Positions 35,478-48,169 of a stretch of DNA of 64,000 bases are shown in pieces. A model generated the notes under the pieces. That model searched no databases and was not told the origin of the DNA. It saw only the letters and a list, made by a program, of their open reading frames with translations. This DNA comes from Neoechinorhynchus agilis (taxonomy: Eukaryota > Animalia > Acanthocephala): assembly GCA_051530055.1 (NCBI GenBank), contig CM121341.1, forward strand, positions 17,958,784 to 18,022,783, in the 5' to 3' direction. Position numbers and translations under genes: made by a program. Within the stretch, counting starts at the first letter, position 1, and every line of letters begins with the position of its first letter.

Positions 35478-37329
35478 TTTGATATTAAGCAATGATTTTA
35501 GGCTAAGAACGATGATCGTATTGAAAAGACTGAGTGATGATCGGCTTTCATGGTTTGTAACATTTGATTGAACGCTAATTTATTGCTTTTATTTGTTTTG
35601 AACAATTAGCGTAACATAGCTTCGTGCGTGACTTAATTCAGGGGAAAATTATCGTCGTAAATGTGCGTGAATAATCACCCACACAATTACTCGCCCTTGA
35701 GTCCATAAAAGACGAAAAATCGTCTTGGAAAAATCTACAACTTGGTTTAGTTTCATCGCTCTGTCAAGAAATGTACGGCGCTTATTACGAATAAAAAAAG
35801 AATCATACTATCCTTGATCAACCTACAATGTGTACCCTTCCTGTTACTGCTCACCGCCTTAAAAAAAGTGGATGTTCAATACAGTAACTTCAATAATCCT
35901 GTCATTTAAGCATCGTTAAATTTATTTTCGATGTTGTAGGTACCAATTTATCGCATTTTAATGAATATGAGAAATCGGATTTAAAAACCAACAATTCAAT
36001 TAGTTATAGCTCGATAAAAGAATCCATCCTGCATAAAGCAATACTTTTTGAGTGTTTCATTTCAACTTGAAATTTACAGATAGTGAGGTTTGATGAACAC
36101 TCCTAGCTCATTTCACAGCTAATTTTTCTCAAAAACATTTAAATTTCCTCACGATTTCATATTTACTCCACCTTCATTCACCAAAATAGCTAATTGTAAT
36201 TTTCAGGTAAACGATTTGGTTGTAATTGAATTTGTGATTTGATATCAATAATATTATCAGTGCGTTCCGAAATGTTGGGTGCCACACGATTATCAAAACA
36301 TTCTAAGTGACATAATATACAGATTTTTTCACTAATAAAAGCTCCGATAAACGACTAAAAAAGAAATGAAAAATTCAAGAAGCATAATTTTCTTCAAGAA
36401 TCAATTATCAGCCTTGGAAAAAGAAGAAAATCGCTTGGAAATGTAATAGATTGTTTTGCTTTTGGAACGTAGATAGTTCGAAAAGTTATCAATAAGTATA
36501 GCATAGTTAAATTTACTAATCACGAAGCAATCCTTAAAGCAAAAATCAAATCAATTCATAAAGAAACTAGGGAAAGTTTTGGAAATTAAAAAAAAGTAAC
36601 TGACGATGTAATAATCATGAAAAATTCAATAGCTAGAAAAAGTATCATTTCCGCTTCCGTTAAAGTAATTTGTATTTAAAATTCAGTCTAATGGAAAGAC
36701 GAATAAATTCAGATATACAGGGATCTTAGCAAGTGTTTTCAAGTTTGGCGAACCAGAAATTTTCTACTCTATTCTACTTTAAGCCGTGTAGCAGTGATCA
36801 TTAAAATAGCTGGGCATATCGATAATCGAGCATGTAACATTAGCGCCATAAAAATTGCTTTATTTGGCCAAAAACAGCACTTAAATGTATTTAATTAACG
36901 TCGTAAGAAAAGGTGAGTATCTGAATGATATATAAGAGAGAGTTATAGTTGCAGTGAAGACACGCCCTGTAAAAGGCATTATATTACTAAGAAATACCTC
37001 TTAACCTGGAGTATCTTCACCATAATTCTCACTTCGTCATGCCGAAGGAATTTCTCTATATGATAAATAAGAGAAAGTACATCAGATCTTCAAGGAAAAG
37101 GAGTTGAAAACATTACTCGCCGTAACCCACGTTTCCACCATCTTGATCATGTTCTTGCTTTTCAGAAAGCATTACCTGGAGAACGATCCGATCGCTTGTA
37201 CAATTGATGCCGATTTTTGTTTTCGCCAACGTCAAGTAAGAAAGGATTATATGTTGTCGGCACTATATTTTCGGCTCATAAGACCGAAACCAGTAATCAG
37301 ATTAATCTCCGTGAGTGAGAATAGCTTCG

Positions 37330-39021
37330 ATGGCACACAAACCACGAAATAATTCGTCGAATGATGCCTATGCCAGTCGAGATTTTCACTGGATTACGGT
37401 TCCGGCCGGCAAACAGGGTTCTGCAAAGGCTGTTATATACACTAAAACGAGACTTTTGTACTTGGAAGAAGACAAACTAACTTTGAAAGATGAAAAGGAG
37501 TCGGGCGGAAGCGTCTATGAGATGTTTCAACGAAGAAGAGATAAATCCCACAAGCCAACAAATTGTCTGCCATGTTCTAATGATTACAAACCTCCTATTC
37601 ATAGGGCACAGTCTGTTACCAACTTAAACTCAAGAACGAACATACAGTCTTGGAATATTGGGCCTCAGTTACAAAGAGCAGCTTCACAATCTTTACTTCC
37701 CAGCTATGATAATCAGTCGTTACCCATGGCCTATCCAACATCTTATTGGCAGCCGTGGCACAATATTTCCTACCGGTCGTCATTACAAGCTCCACATCCA
37801 CATTTCCATAACAATCTGTGCCCAAACTGTGCAACACACCATAATGTGACGAACTTTAATAGCCAAACAGCGCTAGCGACTCCGTGGTTTCAAGTTACTC
37901 CTCCTACAACCATCGTGCCAAATTCATTTCAAAGAACCAATTCAATGATGGAAATGAACAGGACCGGAATTCGAGGGCTTTATGTAAATGAATCGGTGCC
38001 CCCAATAATAAAAGCAACGAAACTACGTCGCGATTTACCACCCAGGCCTAAACAAACAAGCGCTCGTCCACCTTGGATAGAAAATGTGGCTCCTACGATG
38101 ACTGTAGCGAATCAGGTTTTAATACATAACGATACAGAACCGCAAATATTCCGATCGCGATCCATATCGCAAATATATTTCGCGAAGAACGTAGAGAGAT
38201 CAACAACTCATCCAAAACTGATTAGTAAAAAGTCACAATACTTAAAGCAGAGTTATCGGTCCGAAGAAAACAGTAAAGACTACCTGGGATCCAAGAGGAA
38301 ACCCTGGCAGATTGAAGAGCGCTACTTGAGCCGATCATCATCGCAAACATTAAAAAATCCTTCATTATGTCAAGCTTGTTCGGCAGAAAAAAACACCATA
38401 AACTTTTTAAGTAACAATATAGCGCCAATCACTCCCTGCCCTGAAATGAAGCCGAATAAAGAAATTTCGAATTCGAATACTCATGCTATGCCATTTAAAA
38501 ATGTGAATTGCTCGACATACGATGACGAACATCCATCAAAAGTCGAATATCAAAGGATTATAAGGATCCCAAAATTTCCTCGGGCAAGTTTGCTCAAGCA
38601 AGCAGACTCCGAGTTGAATCTAAATGAAAACATCATTAAAGAATCTCGATCAAAGGAACCCAGAATTATAAAGATTCCAAAACTTCCACCAAAATTGCCA
38701 AGGAAACCGAAATGTTCAGTTGCGCGGGGTTTTCAATGCTCATCTCCTTATGTCGCAAACGCAGTTGCTGCGACTGCAGCAGCTACTCAATTGGTACATG
38801 AGAAGGGTGATCGGATATTTGACCCATTATCCAAATGCAGTAATCAAACACGAGAATGTCATAAGATGGTTGTGGTGGTCGACTGTGTTTCCGATCGCAC
38901 TAATTCTACGGATTGCTCTAAGTGCTCGACAATCCAAAGTCCAAAAGGATGGAGATTACGCAATGGAAAGTGGGTGAGAACAAATTGTGATTGCGACTCT
39001 TGTGGAAACTGTCTCGATTAA
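37330..39021 (+). CDS. Hypothetical intronless protein (about 563 aa), low-complexity/disordered with Cys-rich C-terminus
   Basis: Long stop-free ORF in AT-rich DNA, not matching any TE motif I recognise; ends CSKCSTIQSPKGWRLRNGKWVRTNCDCDSCGNCLD. Confidence 0.7.
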   Translation: MAHKPRNNSSNDAYASRDFHWITVPAGKQGSAKAVIYTKTRLLYLEEDKLTLKDEKESGGSVYEMFQRRRDKSHKPTNCLPCSNDYKPPIHRAQSVTNLNSRTNIQSWNIGPQLQRAASQSLLPSYDNQSLPMAYPTSYWQPWHNISYRSSLQAPHPHFHNNLCPNCATHHNVTNFNSQTALATPWFQVTPPTTIVPNSFQRTNSMMEMNRTGIRGLYVNESVPPIIKATKLRRDLPPRPKQTSARPPWIENVAPTMTVANQVLIHNDTEPQIFRSRSISQIYFAKNVERSTTHPKLISKKSQYLKQSYRSEENSKDYLGSKRKPWQIEERYLSRSSSQTLKNPSLCQACSAEKNTINFLSNNIAPITPCPEMKPNKEISNSNTHAMPFKNVNCSTYDDEHPSKVEYQRIIRIPKFPRASLLKQADSELNLNENIIKESRSKEPRIIKIPKLPPKLPRKPKCSVARGFQCSSPYVANAVAATAAATQLVHEKGDRIFDPLSKCSNQTRECHKMVVVVDCVSDRTNSTDCSKCSTIQSPKGWRLRNGKWVRTNCDCDSCGNCLD

Positions 39022-40509
39022 GGCAATTTCAAACATCTTTCAAATTTGTTAGATGCTTAATCGTGCACTAGTGTTATTAATAGTTAAAAAGTTGTTGTTA
39101 AAATCAATTTTCAATGTAAAAGTTCAACGGAAACGTCGGATGTGCTACTTAATATGCACGAAGTCATTCATGCATTGACTATTGGATGAAACTTATTAAT
39201 TCCTGATATTTCGTCCGTCTCGTTTTACTTCTTCAGGCTGCTTGTAAGATTTTTTACTGTAAATCTGTAGATTCTGATCACCCTACTCTACTTGGAGCTC
39301 GTGCTTCATTCTAATCGGTACCACTTTTCCAATATTTACCCCATAACCTCATATTTGTTTTTGTCTATCTATTGCATAAATTAGAGCTACCTCCACAATC
39401 CATCAAAGGAAGGTATTTACCTATAAAGATAAATATAGATATATTAGTCGATCGACTGTTGACCAACCATCGTTCAACAACGCTTTCAACAATGCTATCA
39501 ATGTCTTACGAGCGCTAATCATGAGATCTTGCGCAAATACCGTGTCTGACAATTTACTTTATCGGTCTTTTCCACAATATATTCAGATTTGACGGTCTGA
39601 CACATCGTAGCCCCAAATGTTTATGCAATTCCTATTGCGATTAATACGGTTATAAGGAGTTTTAGTGAATTACGAATATCGATCGATTCATAGATATTGT
39701 GTTGGAGTATCTGACCCATTACGCGAGAGGCATTGTTAAAGTCGAATGTAAATTTCGACTGATTGCATCAGTTACTACCAATTCAACTTTAAAATAAGCA
39801 AGTAAGGTCACAATTGCACGACATGAGCGTTCGTTTGACTCGGGAACCCGGGATTATCACCCCTAATGCGAAAGGCGATTGAATCCTTAAACGCAGAACT
39901 GAAGAGGTGGTAGGTTGAAACGCAGAACGCTGATTTAGCGTACCCAAGGAGTGCCAACGGGATTTTGTCGAGAGGGTTTTCGTTATCCGCATGGATCGAG
40001 TCTCCGAGTTTCATCGCTAAACTCCAACCTTTTCCAGAAAATCCATGTCAATCTTCAACATCTATTTCCTTTTTCGTTATTTATCAAAATTATATCACTT
40101 TTCTCTTCTCCTATACTTGAAACCGTTCTTGTTTATTCCAACATATCAATTCCTTCAATCTTTAGCATATTTTTTAACCTTCCTCCATTCCTTCAATTTC
40201 GCATATAAAACTACCCTCTTAACTTGCAAAAATTCCTTTCTTAATTAAATTTCTGATATATCAATTTTAAACCGTATCCTCCAGCATTTAGGATCTTTCT
40301 CTATATTTTCCGATTTTTTCATCACCCCATCTTTTCGAAGAATTAAATGCCCATTCTTTTAGATTGATTTTTCTTTATATCTTCACGTCTCCTCTCTTTC
40401 AAGAATTTCAAGTTATTTTCGTGTTTTCCACTGCAACAAATGATGTTTCAAAAGCATGGAAAAAAAATGCCGGCTGAACTCAATATTTTGCGCAAACTGC
40501 ATGATATTT

Positions 40510-41210
40510 TTTTGCCTGGGAGCTTCATGTACTTACTCTCTGCCCATATTTAAAGGGGTCACCCAAGGCGCCGTACTTTCCCCTCTCCTCCTTGACATTT
40601 TTCTAAATGACCTCCATCCCCTCGCTCCCTCTACCAAATATTTTCTTTATGCAGATGACCTCACAGTCATTACCATCGCATCTCCCTCTCTCTCCATCTC
40701 CACAACCATGAGATTTGCGAGCCTGCAAAATTTGCTCCAAGACCTCCCAGCAAACGAAGAACACCTTTCCAAAATCTTCGATAAATACACGACTTCCCTG
40801 CGTTCCCTTCCATCTAAATTTCTCCCATTCATCTCGCCAATGGAACCCGTACAAAATACACGATGTCCGAACAGATTCAATCCGCCTCTCCCTCGCACCA
40901 CACTATATAAAAATCATTTTTTGCCATCGCACAATCAACCCATGAGTCTACGGCCTGATGCGGCGACTTGCAGCTCTTCCAAGTTACAGTCTCAATCAAA
41001 CAGCGCGAATCCAAACCCCTACTGAATAGTCCCACCCGAACGGAAATCCTCCTACCGAACACTCTCACCCGAACGGACTTCCTCCTAATAGTTCCCACCG
41101 ACCGAACCCGTAATATTCTCAATAATCAACAACCGCATTCTTTGGACAAATATGAGGACCCAAAAGTACATGAGGTTCAAAAAGAATGCCAAAGGATGAC
41201 CTTGTGAAAT
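40510..41210 (+). mobile_element. CR1/L2-like LINE RT fragment with internal deletion
   Basis: KGVTQGAVLSPLLLDIFLNDL...YFLYADDLT followed by RFNPPLPRTTLYKNHF, a typical LINE RT C-terminus. Confidence 0.8.
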
Positions 41211-41961
41211 AACGATGGATTAAAGTATCGAGAAATCTTTACATTGTGAAAAAGTCCTCTCCCGAATCTAGAAAACAAAAATAATCAGCGAATGAGCCAG
41301 AAGTACCGAGCGCCACAATTTTAATGAGGCGCTGGTGATGGCGCCAGAAGACTAAGAAGAGCGGTGTTTTAAGCTCGGTACTTGTCTAAAATAAAACAGA
41401 AGAATGTGAAAATGGTTTTTACGGATAAGGACAGTCTCGCATGCTATTGTTTCGGATTGAGATTTCCCTAAGTGTTAGCTTTGTGATTTAAGAATTTTCT
41501 CAAAAAGCCTTTATGATTTGTTGTAAAGATAATTCATTGTTATTTGTCGATAGGAGAAAATAAATGAAATTAAGATTTTATTGGATATTTCGATATACTA
41601 TCTCGGATCTTCTTCAGCGATTGTAAATTGTTTCGAGATAGAAGTGAAAATTAGAAAGCTATTTTTCGCTTCGAAAAAGAAGTGACTCTTTAAATTCCCT
41701 ATTTTTCAGGTCGAATAAAAACTCGATTGTCAAAGGTCCGTGTCAAAATAACAGGTTTTGTATCGATATAACACCTTTTTTTACTTTTTCTTTTATAATA
41801 AACAATTTCTAATGACTGAACTGCTTTATTATTCCACAGCTCAGCCAAAGAATTCTGCTGATTTTTTTATCTTTAGGAAGTTTGATCGCCGCCTTCGACC
41901 AATAATCGACAACTTACCTTTTGAGATTTGCGTACTTCTATTTATATTTTCAATCACAGGA

Positions 41962-42682
41962 ATGACTTGGCTTGCTGCCAATTCAATGCGAGAGCTCTTG
42001 GAAAACCTTAAAAGTAAAAGTCCGTTTTTGATCCCTATTAATTCTAATGACCGTAGGGGCAAACGTGATCGTAACTCAACAAGTATACGATGTGATGCTA
42101 AAAGTTGATCGAAAATTCTTTTGTCCGAACAATACTTACAACGATTCTCCTCAAAGTATCGGATATTCTGTAACGATATCAGCACCTCACATGCATGCTC
42201 ATGCTCTTGAGATTCTTCGAAGCAATCTCCAGCCCGGAAAACGCGTTTTGGACGTTGGCAGCGGATCTGGATACTTGTGTGCTTGTTTCGCCTACATGGT
42301 ACAACCCAGTGGAAAGGTTGTGGGAGTTGAACATATCAAACAACTCGTTGATAAGTCAGTGGAGAATTTAAATTCTCTGGACTCAGGGTTACTGAATAGT
42401 GGTCTTATAGAGATCATCGAAGCCGACGGTAGGGAAGGAAATGCTGAGAACAGCCCATATGATGCAATTCACGTTGGTGCGGCTTGTACTTCAAAGCCTC
42501 AAAGTCTAATTGATCAATTGAATCCGGGAGGAGTTTTGCTTGCACCAGTCGGGTCTCTTTTTCAAACAATGATTAAGTACATAAAAGGAGAAGATGGAAA
42601 GGTCAAAGAAGAACAACTAATGGATGTTAGATACGTACCTTTAACCGATAAAAAATACCAGGTTGGTAATGAGGATCTGTGA
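41962..42682 (+). CDS. PCMT1: Protein-L-isoaspartate (D-aspartate) O-methyltransferase
   Basis: Exon 41962-42013, 43-nt GT-AG intron, exon 42057-42682. MTWLAANSMRELLENLKR...DSPQSIGYSVTISAPHMHAHALE, VLDVGSGSGYLCA, ADGREG, PYDAIHVGAA, DVRYVPLTD. Confidence 0.95.
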
Positions 42683-43189
42683 GTTATTGTAACCTTAGCT
42701 CTCAAATCTGTCTTGTTTCACATGCGCTAAAACATATCCGAGATGTACCACATTAAAAAAGTTCTTTTAAAATATACGAATTAATATTTCCCGAAATCAC
42801 ATTTTTATCTTAATTATGGATTAAAAATGGACACTTATCTTTAGACGGATACAATTTAGAAAGAAAATAAATCAATTATTTTTAAAAAGCCACATACACA
42901 CAGTTTACAATTAATTAAAGAAACCGACTAAAGGTTTACTGAAATCGGATAGTGAAGCGACCGCAAAGGAGAATAAGGTTTTAGTAGATTCCATCAGTAT
43001 GCTAAACCCGAATGAAGATTTGTTGGAAACGAATGGCGTTCTAAAGACTGAGAATATTTCGACTTTTACTAGAAACTTGGTACCACCCTTAGAGGATATT
43101 CAGCCCGTAGTACTTTGTGATTCCAATATTCACGGAGAAAATCGATTTACTGTTTGTATCCAACTTCCTGAATACAATACGTGAGTGCA

Positions 43190-44380
43190 TTTTTATAATA
43201 GCTAGAGTTGCCCAATTGCCGACGTTTCGGAAATTTATTCTTTCCATCTTCAGGATAACGTTAACAGCCACACAATTTGTAAAACGCGCACGTAGAACCC
43301 AGCGTTAAACTAACGCTGACGTAAGCAATCAATTGTCACACTAATCGTAGAGTTTGAGAGTATTAAACATCTCATTGAATTTGATATTGATAATTGGTTT
43401 GTCGTGTTTAATGATTAATGCTTCGGCGGTTCTCAGTCTGTGCCTGTCGGTATCTTTGACAAGGATCTTGAAACATTTCTCAAATGGCGTTGGGTAGGAT
43501 CCGTTGTGCGATTCATCCATGTGCTTCCTAATAGCGCTCGCTTTATATGTATGTTGTTTGATTCTGTCACTCAACTTGCAAGTTGTGTAGCCAACATAAG
43601 ACGCGTTACAGCCGTCTTTATTGCATGTAAATTGGTACACAACGTTACAGGTGTCAAGGACTGCAGTTCTGGTTTTTTCTGTCAAACATGAGTGGAGCGT
43701 TTTTGTTTTGTAAAAGCAACGGACGTCTATTCTTTTCGAGCTGTCTGTCGGCTTCGTGTGTTTATCCAGTATATCTTGCAGCTCCTTCTTTTCTCGTTTC
43801 TCGTTTGATGGATCGTCCGTTTCATAGCAGAAGGGTATTGTGTTGTCGTTTGGAATATCTAATGGCGTACAAAGTTTCTTGTAGGCTCGTTTAATTGCAC
43901 CATCTACTACCTTAATTGGGTATGATGCATTTACTAGTGATTGCCTGATCCTCTTAAGTTCCTTGTTAGTATCTTCAGTTGTAGTGGAGTATCTTATCGC
44001 TATGTTTATTAGCGCATCAGCTACGGACCTTTTATATTTGTATGGAGTCACTGAATCAAAGTTAGTGTAGAAACCATTATCCGATGGCTTATGGTATACT
44101 GAGGTTGATAGGGGTCTATCTGGTTTTAGTGAGAGTCGAAGATCCAAAAAGCGAAAGTCATTACTGTCAAACGTTTCAACAGTGAGTTTCAATCTGGATA
44201 TAGTTTCAATTAAGTTCTTGAAGGATATTACATCGTCGCCGGTCTTAAAGATGGCCAGTATGTCATCTACATATCTAGCGTAAAAGATTGGTTTGACTTC
44301 TTGAGCAATTCCAAAGGTCTGTAACGTTACCCTGAAGATGGAAAGAATAAATTTCCGAAACGTCGGCATTTGGGCAACTC
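43190..44380 (-). mobile_element. Penelope-like element, 5'-truncated, with inverted hammerhead-bearing terminal repeat
   Basis: ORF 43341-44369: FYARYVDDIL, FRFLDLRL, VYHKPSDNGFY, VYQFTCNKDGCNASYVGYTT, LRTAEALII. IR about 43190-43255 vs 44325-44385, each with CTGAAGA-T-GGAAA..TTCC-GAAA-CGTC. Confidence 0.9.
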
Positions 44381-44589
44381 TAGCTATTATAAAAATGATT
44401 CCAATATTGCTGTGGAGGAGTATAATATTGTGACTGGGATAAAGGGTAACGATATGAAAAAGAAAGCGATTCAGCTGAATTAATTACTAAGAAAGCTACG
44501 GTCGAACAAAAGGTCCAAGTAACACCTGAACGAGTAGTAACAAGAGCAAAAGGAGAAACTCCATCAAAATCAATCAACCCTCCGATTCA

Positions 44590-45880
44590 TTTCGGTAATG
44601 ATACGTCTTCTCCACCACTAACATCATCCCTCGCGGCTCCGAATTCGACCCATCGCATCATGCACTCCTCCTTCGAGGATAGAAATCGCACCATATTTAT
44701 TTCTGGTATGCCGGAAGTCCCTGTTGCAGATCCTATCGCAACTGATGCACACAACCGCCACCAAATTCTTCGGTCAACTCCTTTTCCCCTACATTCACTC
44801 TGCTATTCCTCCCCCATCAACAATCATGCGCATTCCCTCCAAAAATCCCTTTAACCCGAGACCACGTCTCCTCAAAGTAACTTTTATTTCACCATTCGTA
44901 TCTTCCCTCTTTCTTAACAGGAGATACAAACTCCTTCTCAACTTTCTTTTCGTATCTATCCACATAAGAACTCATCACAAAATCTTTCCACCGGCCCTCC
45001 AAACTCAACCCTCGACGTAGTAATCTTAACAGAAACAGAGCTTACGCCCTTAAACAGCAATTCAACAATCCTTCCCGGGTACTCTTCCCTCCATACGTAT
45101 GGCGAGGACCGTCCAGGAGGGGGTCTCAATTTATGTACGGCAATCGCTAATATACTCTTTATCGCTCATAGGCTCTCTACAAAACCCCGATCTAGACTTC
45201 ATCGCAGTGCATTTCATAGCTCCTCTGAGAAACGGCCTTAGAGAATGCACCATTGCTGGCGTCTATCGCCTTCTGGCCTTTTGTCATGAGTCCTCCTTGC
45301 TACAAATTGACTCTATGATGGAGCTCATAAACTCCACAAATTCGCACCATTTCTTAATTGCAGGGGACTTCAATAATCTGTTTCTTCTTCTACCCTTCTC
45401 CGAGTTGCGTCAACTTATTGACTTCCCAGCTCGTCTTGACGCTCCCCTTGACAAAGTGTTCACAGATATCGACGCCTACTCATCCGCCTCTAAGCTCCCT
45501 CCCCGCGAACTCTGACCACTCTTTTGCCCTTATCACTCCCTCCAGCCCACTTCAGCGCATGAAATCTCCCCGTTTACTCGTCTGGGATAAACGTGATCAT
45601 CACATCCAAAATTTTATAAAATTGTTACACTCTAACATCCGCACATCCCACTCTAACAACACAAATGACCCTTCCTTGGAAATATCCTCCCTAACCTCAA
45701 TCATAAAAATTCACTAACTTCTACAATGCCCAAAAAATTCATTGAGATCTCCAACCGCGACCCTCCATGGATAATCCCCATTTTGAAACTTCTACAAAGG
45801 CAAGCTTCTAAGGCCCATCGCAATAACTCCCCAGACTCCCCGTTTACAAAAAGTACCTACTAACAAAATACTTATCGCCC
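44590..45880 (+). mobile_element. Decayed LINE, ORF1 end + APE endonuclease
   Basis: LDVVILTETEL, GGGVSIYVRQ, FLIAGDFN, LDKVFTD, SDH motifs across frameshifts. Confidence 0.75.
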
Positions 45881-45946
45881 GCGATTTTTAATAGTAATCA
45901 ACATTAAAACATTGATTTCGGCATCTTCGGACATGGTGCTGAGAAT

Positions 45947-46010
45947 CATCCACCACACACTCGATTTGAGTCGCATCCACCACACACTCGATTTGAGTCG
46001 CATCCGCCAC
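45947..46010 (+). repeat. 27-bp tandem repeat, about 2.3 copies
   Basis: CATCCACCACACACTCGATTTGAGTCG at 45947-45973 and 45974-46000, partial third copy; lies at the 5' junction of a CRE-like element. Confidence 0.9.
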
Positions 46011-46870
46011 CTGAACTGATCGAAGCGCACGCTTAATGGACATCAGTCTTCGGACAGGTCGTTCCAACGAAAACAAACTCCCAAAAACGTTGGACTGCCT
46101 CGCTCCACACTGCGTCCTATCAGCAGCTTCTCAACTCATGGTCATCTCCCACCGATAGAGCTCGTCTCTTGACAGTCTCGGCTCCGCACTCCAGCGACTT
46201 CTTGAAGGCTTTCCCGATCACGGCTGTTGGCACGAGGTTGGATGACCAAGCCATCGCCGTCGCTGTGGGACTTCGGTTGGGCATCGATTTCTCAGGCTCA
46301 TATACATGTCCGTGAGGTGAGACAGTGAACACGTCGGGAACTCACGGCCTTGACTGCAAGCGCTCAAATGCTCGCCACGCACGGCACACAGCAGTCAACC
46401 GCATAATTAAGGAAGCCGTCTCAACGGCCGGTCTTCCTGCTCGACTCGAACCAGTCGGACTCTCCCGGAACGACGGTAAACGCCCTGATGGAGCGACTCT
46501 CCTCCCATGGTGCTCCGGGAAAATACTGGTTTGGGATTTTACTTGCCCCAACGCGCTCGCAGCATCCCACTTACGGGATGCCACCTCAAAAGCGGGAGCA
46601 GTCGCTAGCTTCAGCGAGGAAAAGAAGCGGCATAAGTACTCCTCGCTCGATGGGCATCAATATATATATTCATCCCGATTGCGGTGGAAACACTGGGATG
46701 TCTCGGCAAAGAAGCCGATTATTTCCTTTTCGACTGGGAAAGATGCTAAAGCATGCCACGGCGATATGCGATCCAGCAGCTTCCTGTTGCAGCGAATCAG
46801 CGCGGCGATCCAACGCGGCAATGCCGCGACCATCAAGGAAGCTGCCGAACAATCATGATGACAGTTGCAG
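46010..46870 (+). mobile_element. CRE-like RLE retrotransposon 3' part
   Basis: AVGLRLG, HGLDCKRSNARHARHTAVNRIIKEA, LEPVGLSRNDGKRPDGATLLPW..GKILVWDFTC, QRISAAIQRGNAA. Confidence 0.9.
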
Positions 46871-48169
46871 AATGGGACGAAAAGGAGGAATTTGTGAACG
46901 AAAAGCAAATGTAATGATTGTCCGCCTTACATTAAAATACCTGAGTCTTTAAAATATGATCAGAAAATAGACGACTAGGATACAGGAACATCAAAAAGTC
47001 GAGTAAATCCGAACTTCAAACAATTGAGGGCTACCGTTGTCGTTCAAAAATCTTTTTTGTAACAAAGAAATATCCCATGCCGAATAAAGTGATTGTTTGA
47101 TGATCATTGTAAAATTGAATTGTTACTGAATAAATAGTGAAATTAACGTGACGTAATAAATTTAAAAATGTGCGCGTTTAAATAGTAAAGAATTATACAA
47201 GTGCGTCAAATAATCTCATCGTTCAAGAACTTTGCTCTTCTTAAATGACCATCCTGTTTCTTGTTTTACGGCACGATGAAGGCTTGGCGTTGATGGGCGT
47301 CTAAGTTCAAAAGCGTGCCAATATTAACGCTCAATTGCTTGTTTGCAAGGCAAAAAGCATTAATTTGACACAATTGCGATTTCAAATGACTTTGGCGTTT
47401 CAGAATCTCAAAATTTGACATCAGTTTAATTTTGAGCTCGATGTTCACGATTTCTAAATTAGTGATCGTGAATGTACAGAGCAGATTGGATAACTTTTCA
47501 CGAACAAATCCTTTCGGGCCGACTGGGCTTAAATCCTCTTGAAACGCCCTTCTATTTTGAAGAGTTTATTTTTTTCTTAAAAAGCGACGCAAATAAAAGG
47601 TACATTTTAATTTTTTGTAACGAATGGAACGTCCTCGTAAACTTCGAATGAGTTGGTTTATTTGTTCCTTTCTCCATTACGTTATTTCCAATTTTATCTC
47701 AAAATTAAACTTAGCCGTTCTAATTGATTATTGAAGAGAATACCAATTTTATGAAGGAAAGAGCGCGCTAAGAGAAGATTTTAAAATCAAAACCATTGCT
47801 GTACAGTAAAAGAGTTAATTAAATGCTAAGGATCTCAAAAACAACATTTAAAGAAATTGCCGTTCTTCTACAATTTAGGAAAAAGCCTCGTTTAGACTTC
47901 TAACGATGACGCACTAATGGAAAAAGTTTCAACTTTTATAGCGTGCGCATTGCAAAATTGTGGCTTTAAGGTCAAAACGTACATTTAAGTGCGAATAAAA
48001 CACTTTAACAGTAAGCGTCGGCCTCGTGCCAATGCCCAATGAAGACTCGATGCTCTCTTATGCATCTCAGAGGGCACCAAAGAAAATAAAGATAAGGGAG
48101 TTTTGCGGTCGGGATTTTGTAATCGATTTAATAGTTTGTTTAGAGATCGATTGCGCCGCGATACGTTTT

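Noticed and set aside
39790-40450. Purine-rich minus-strand tract with a GC-rich end, possibly a LINE 3' end
   Set aside because: Only weak coding remnants; could not assign a family.
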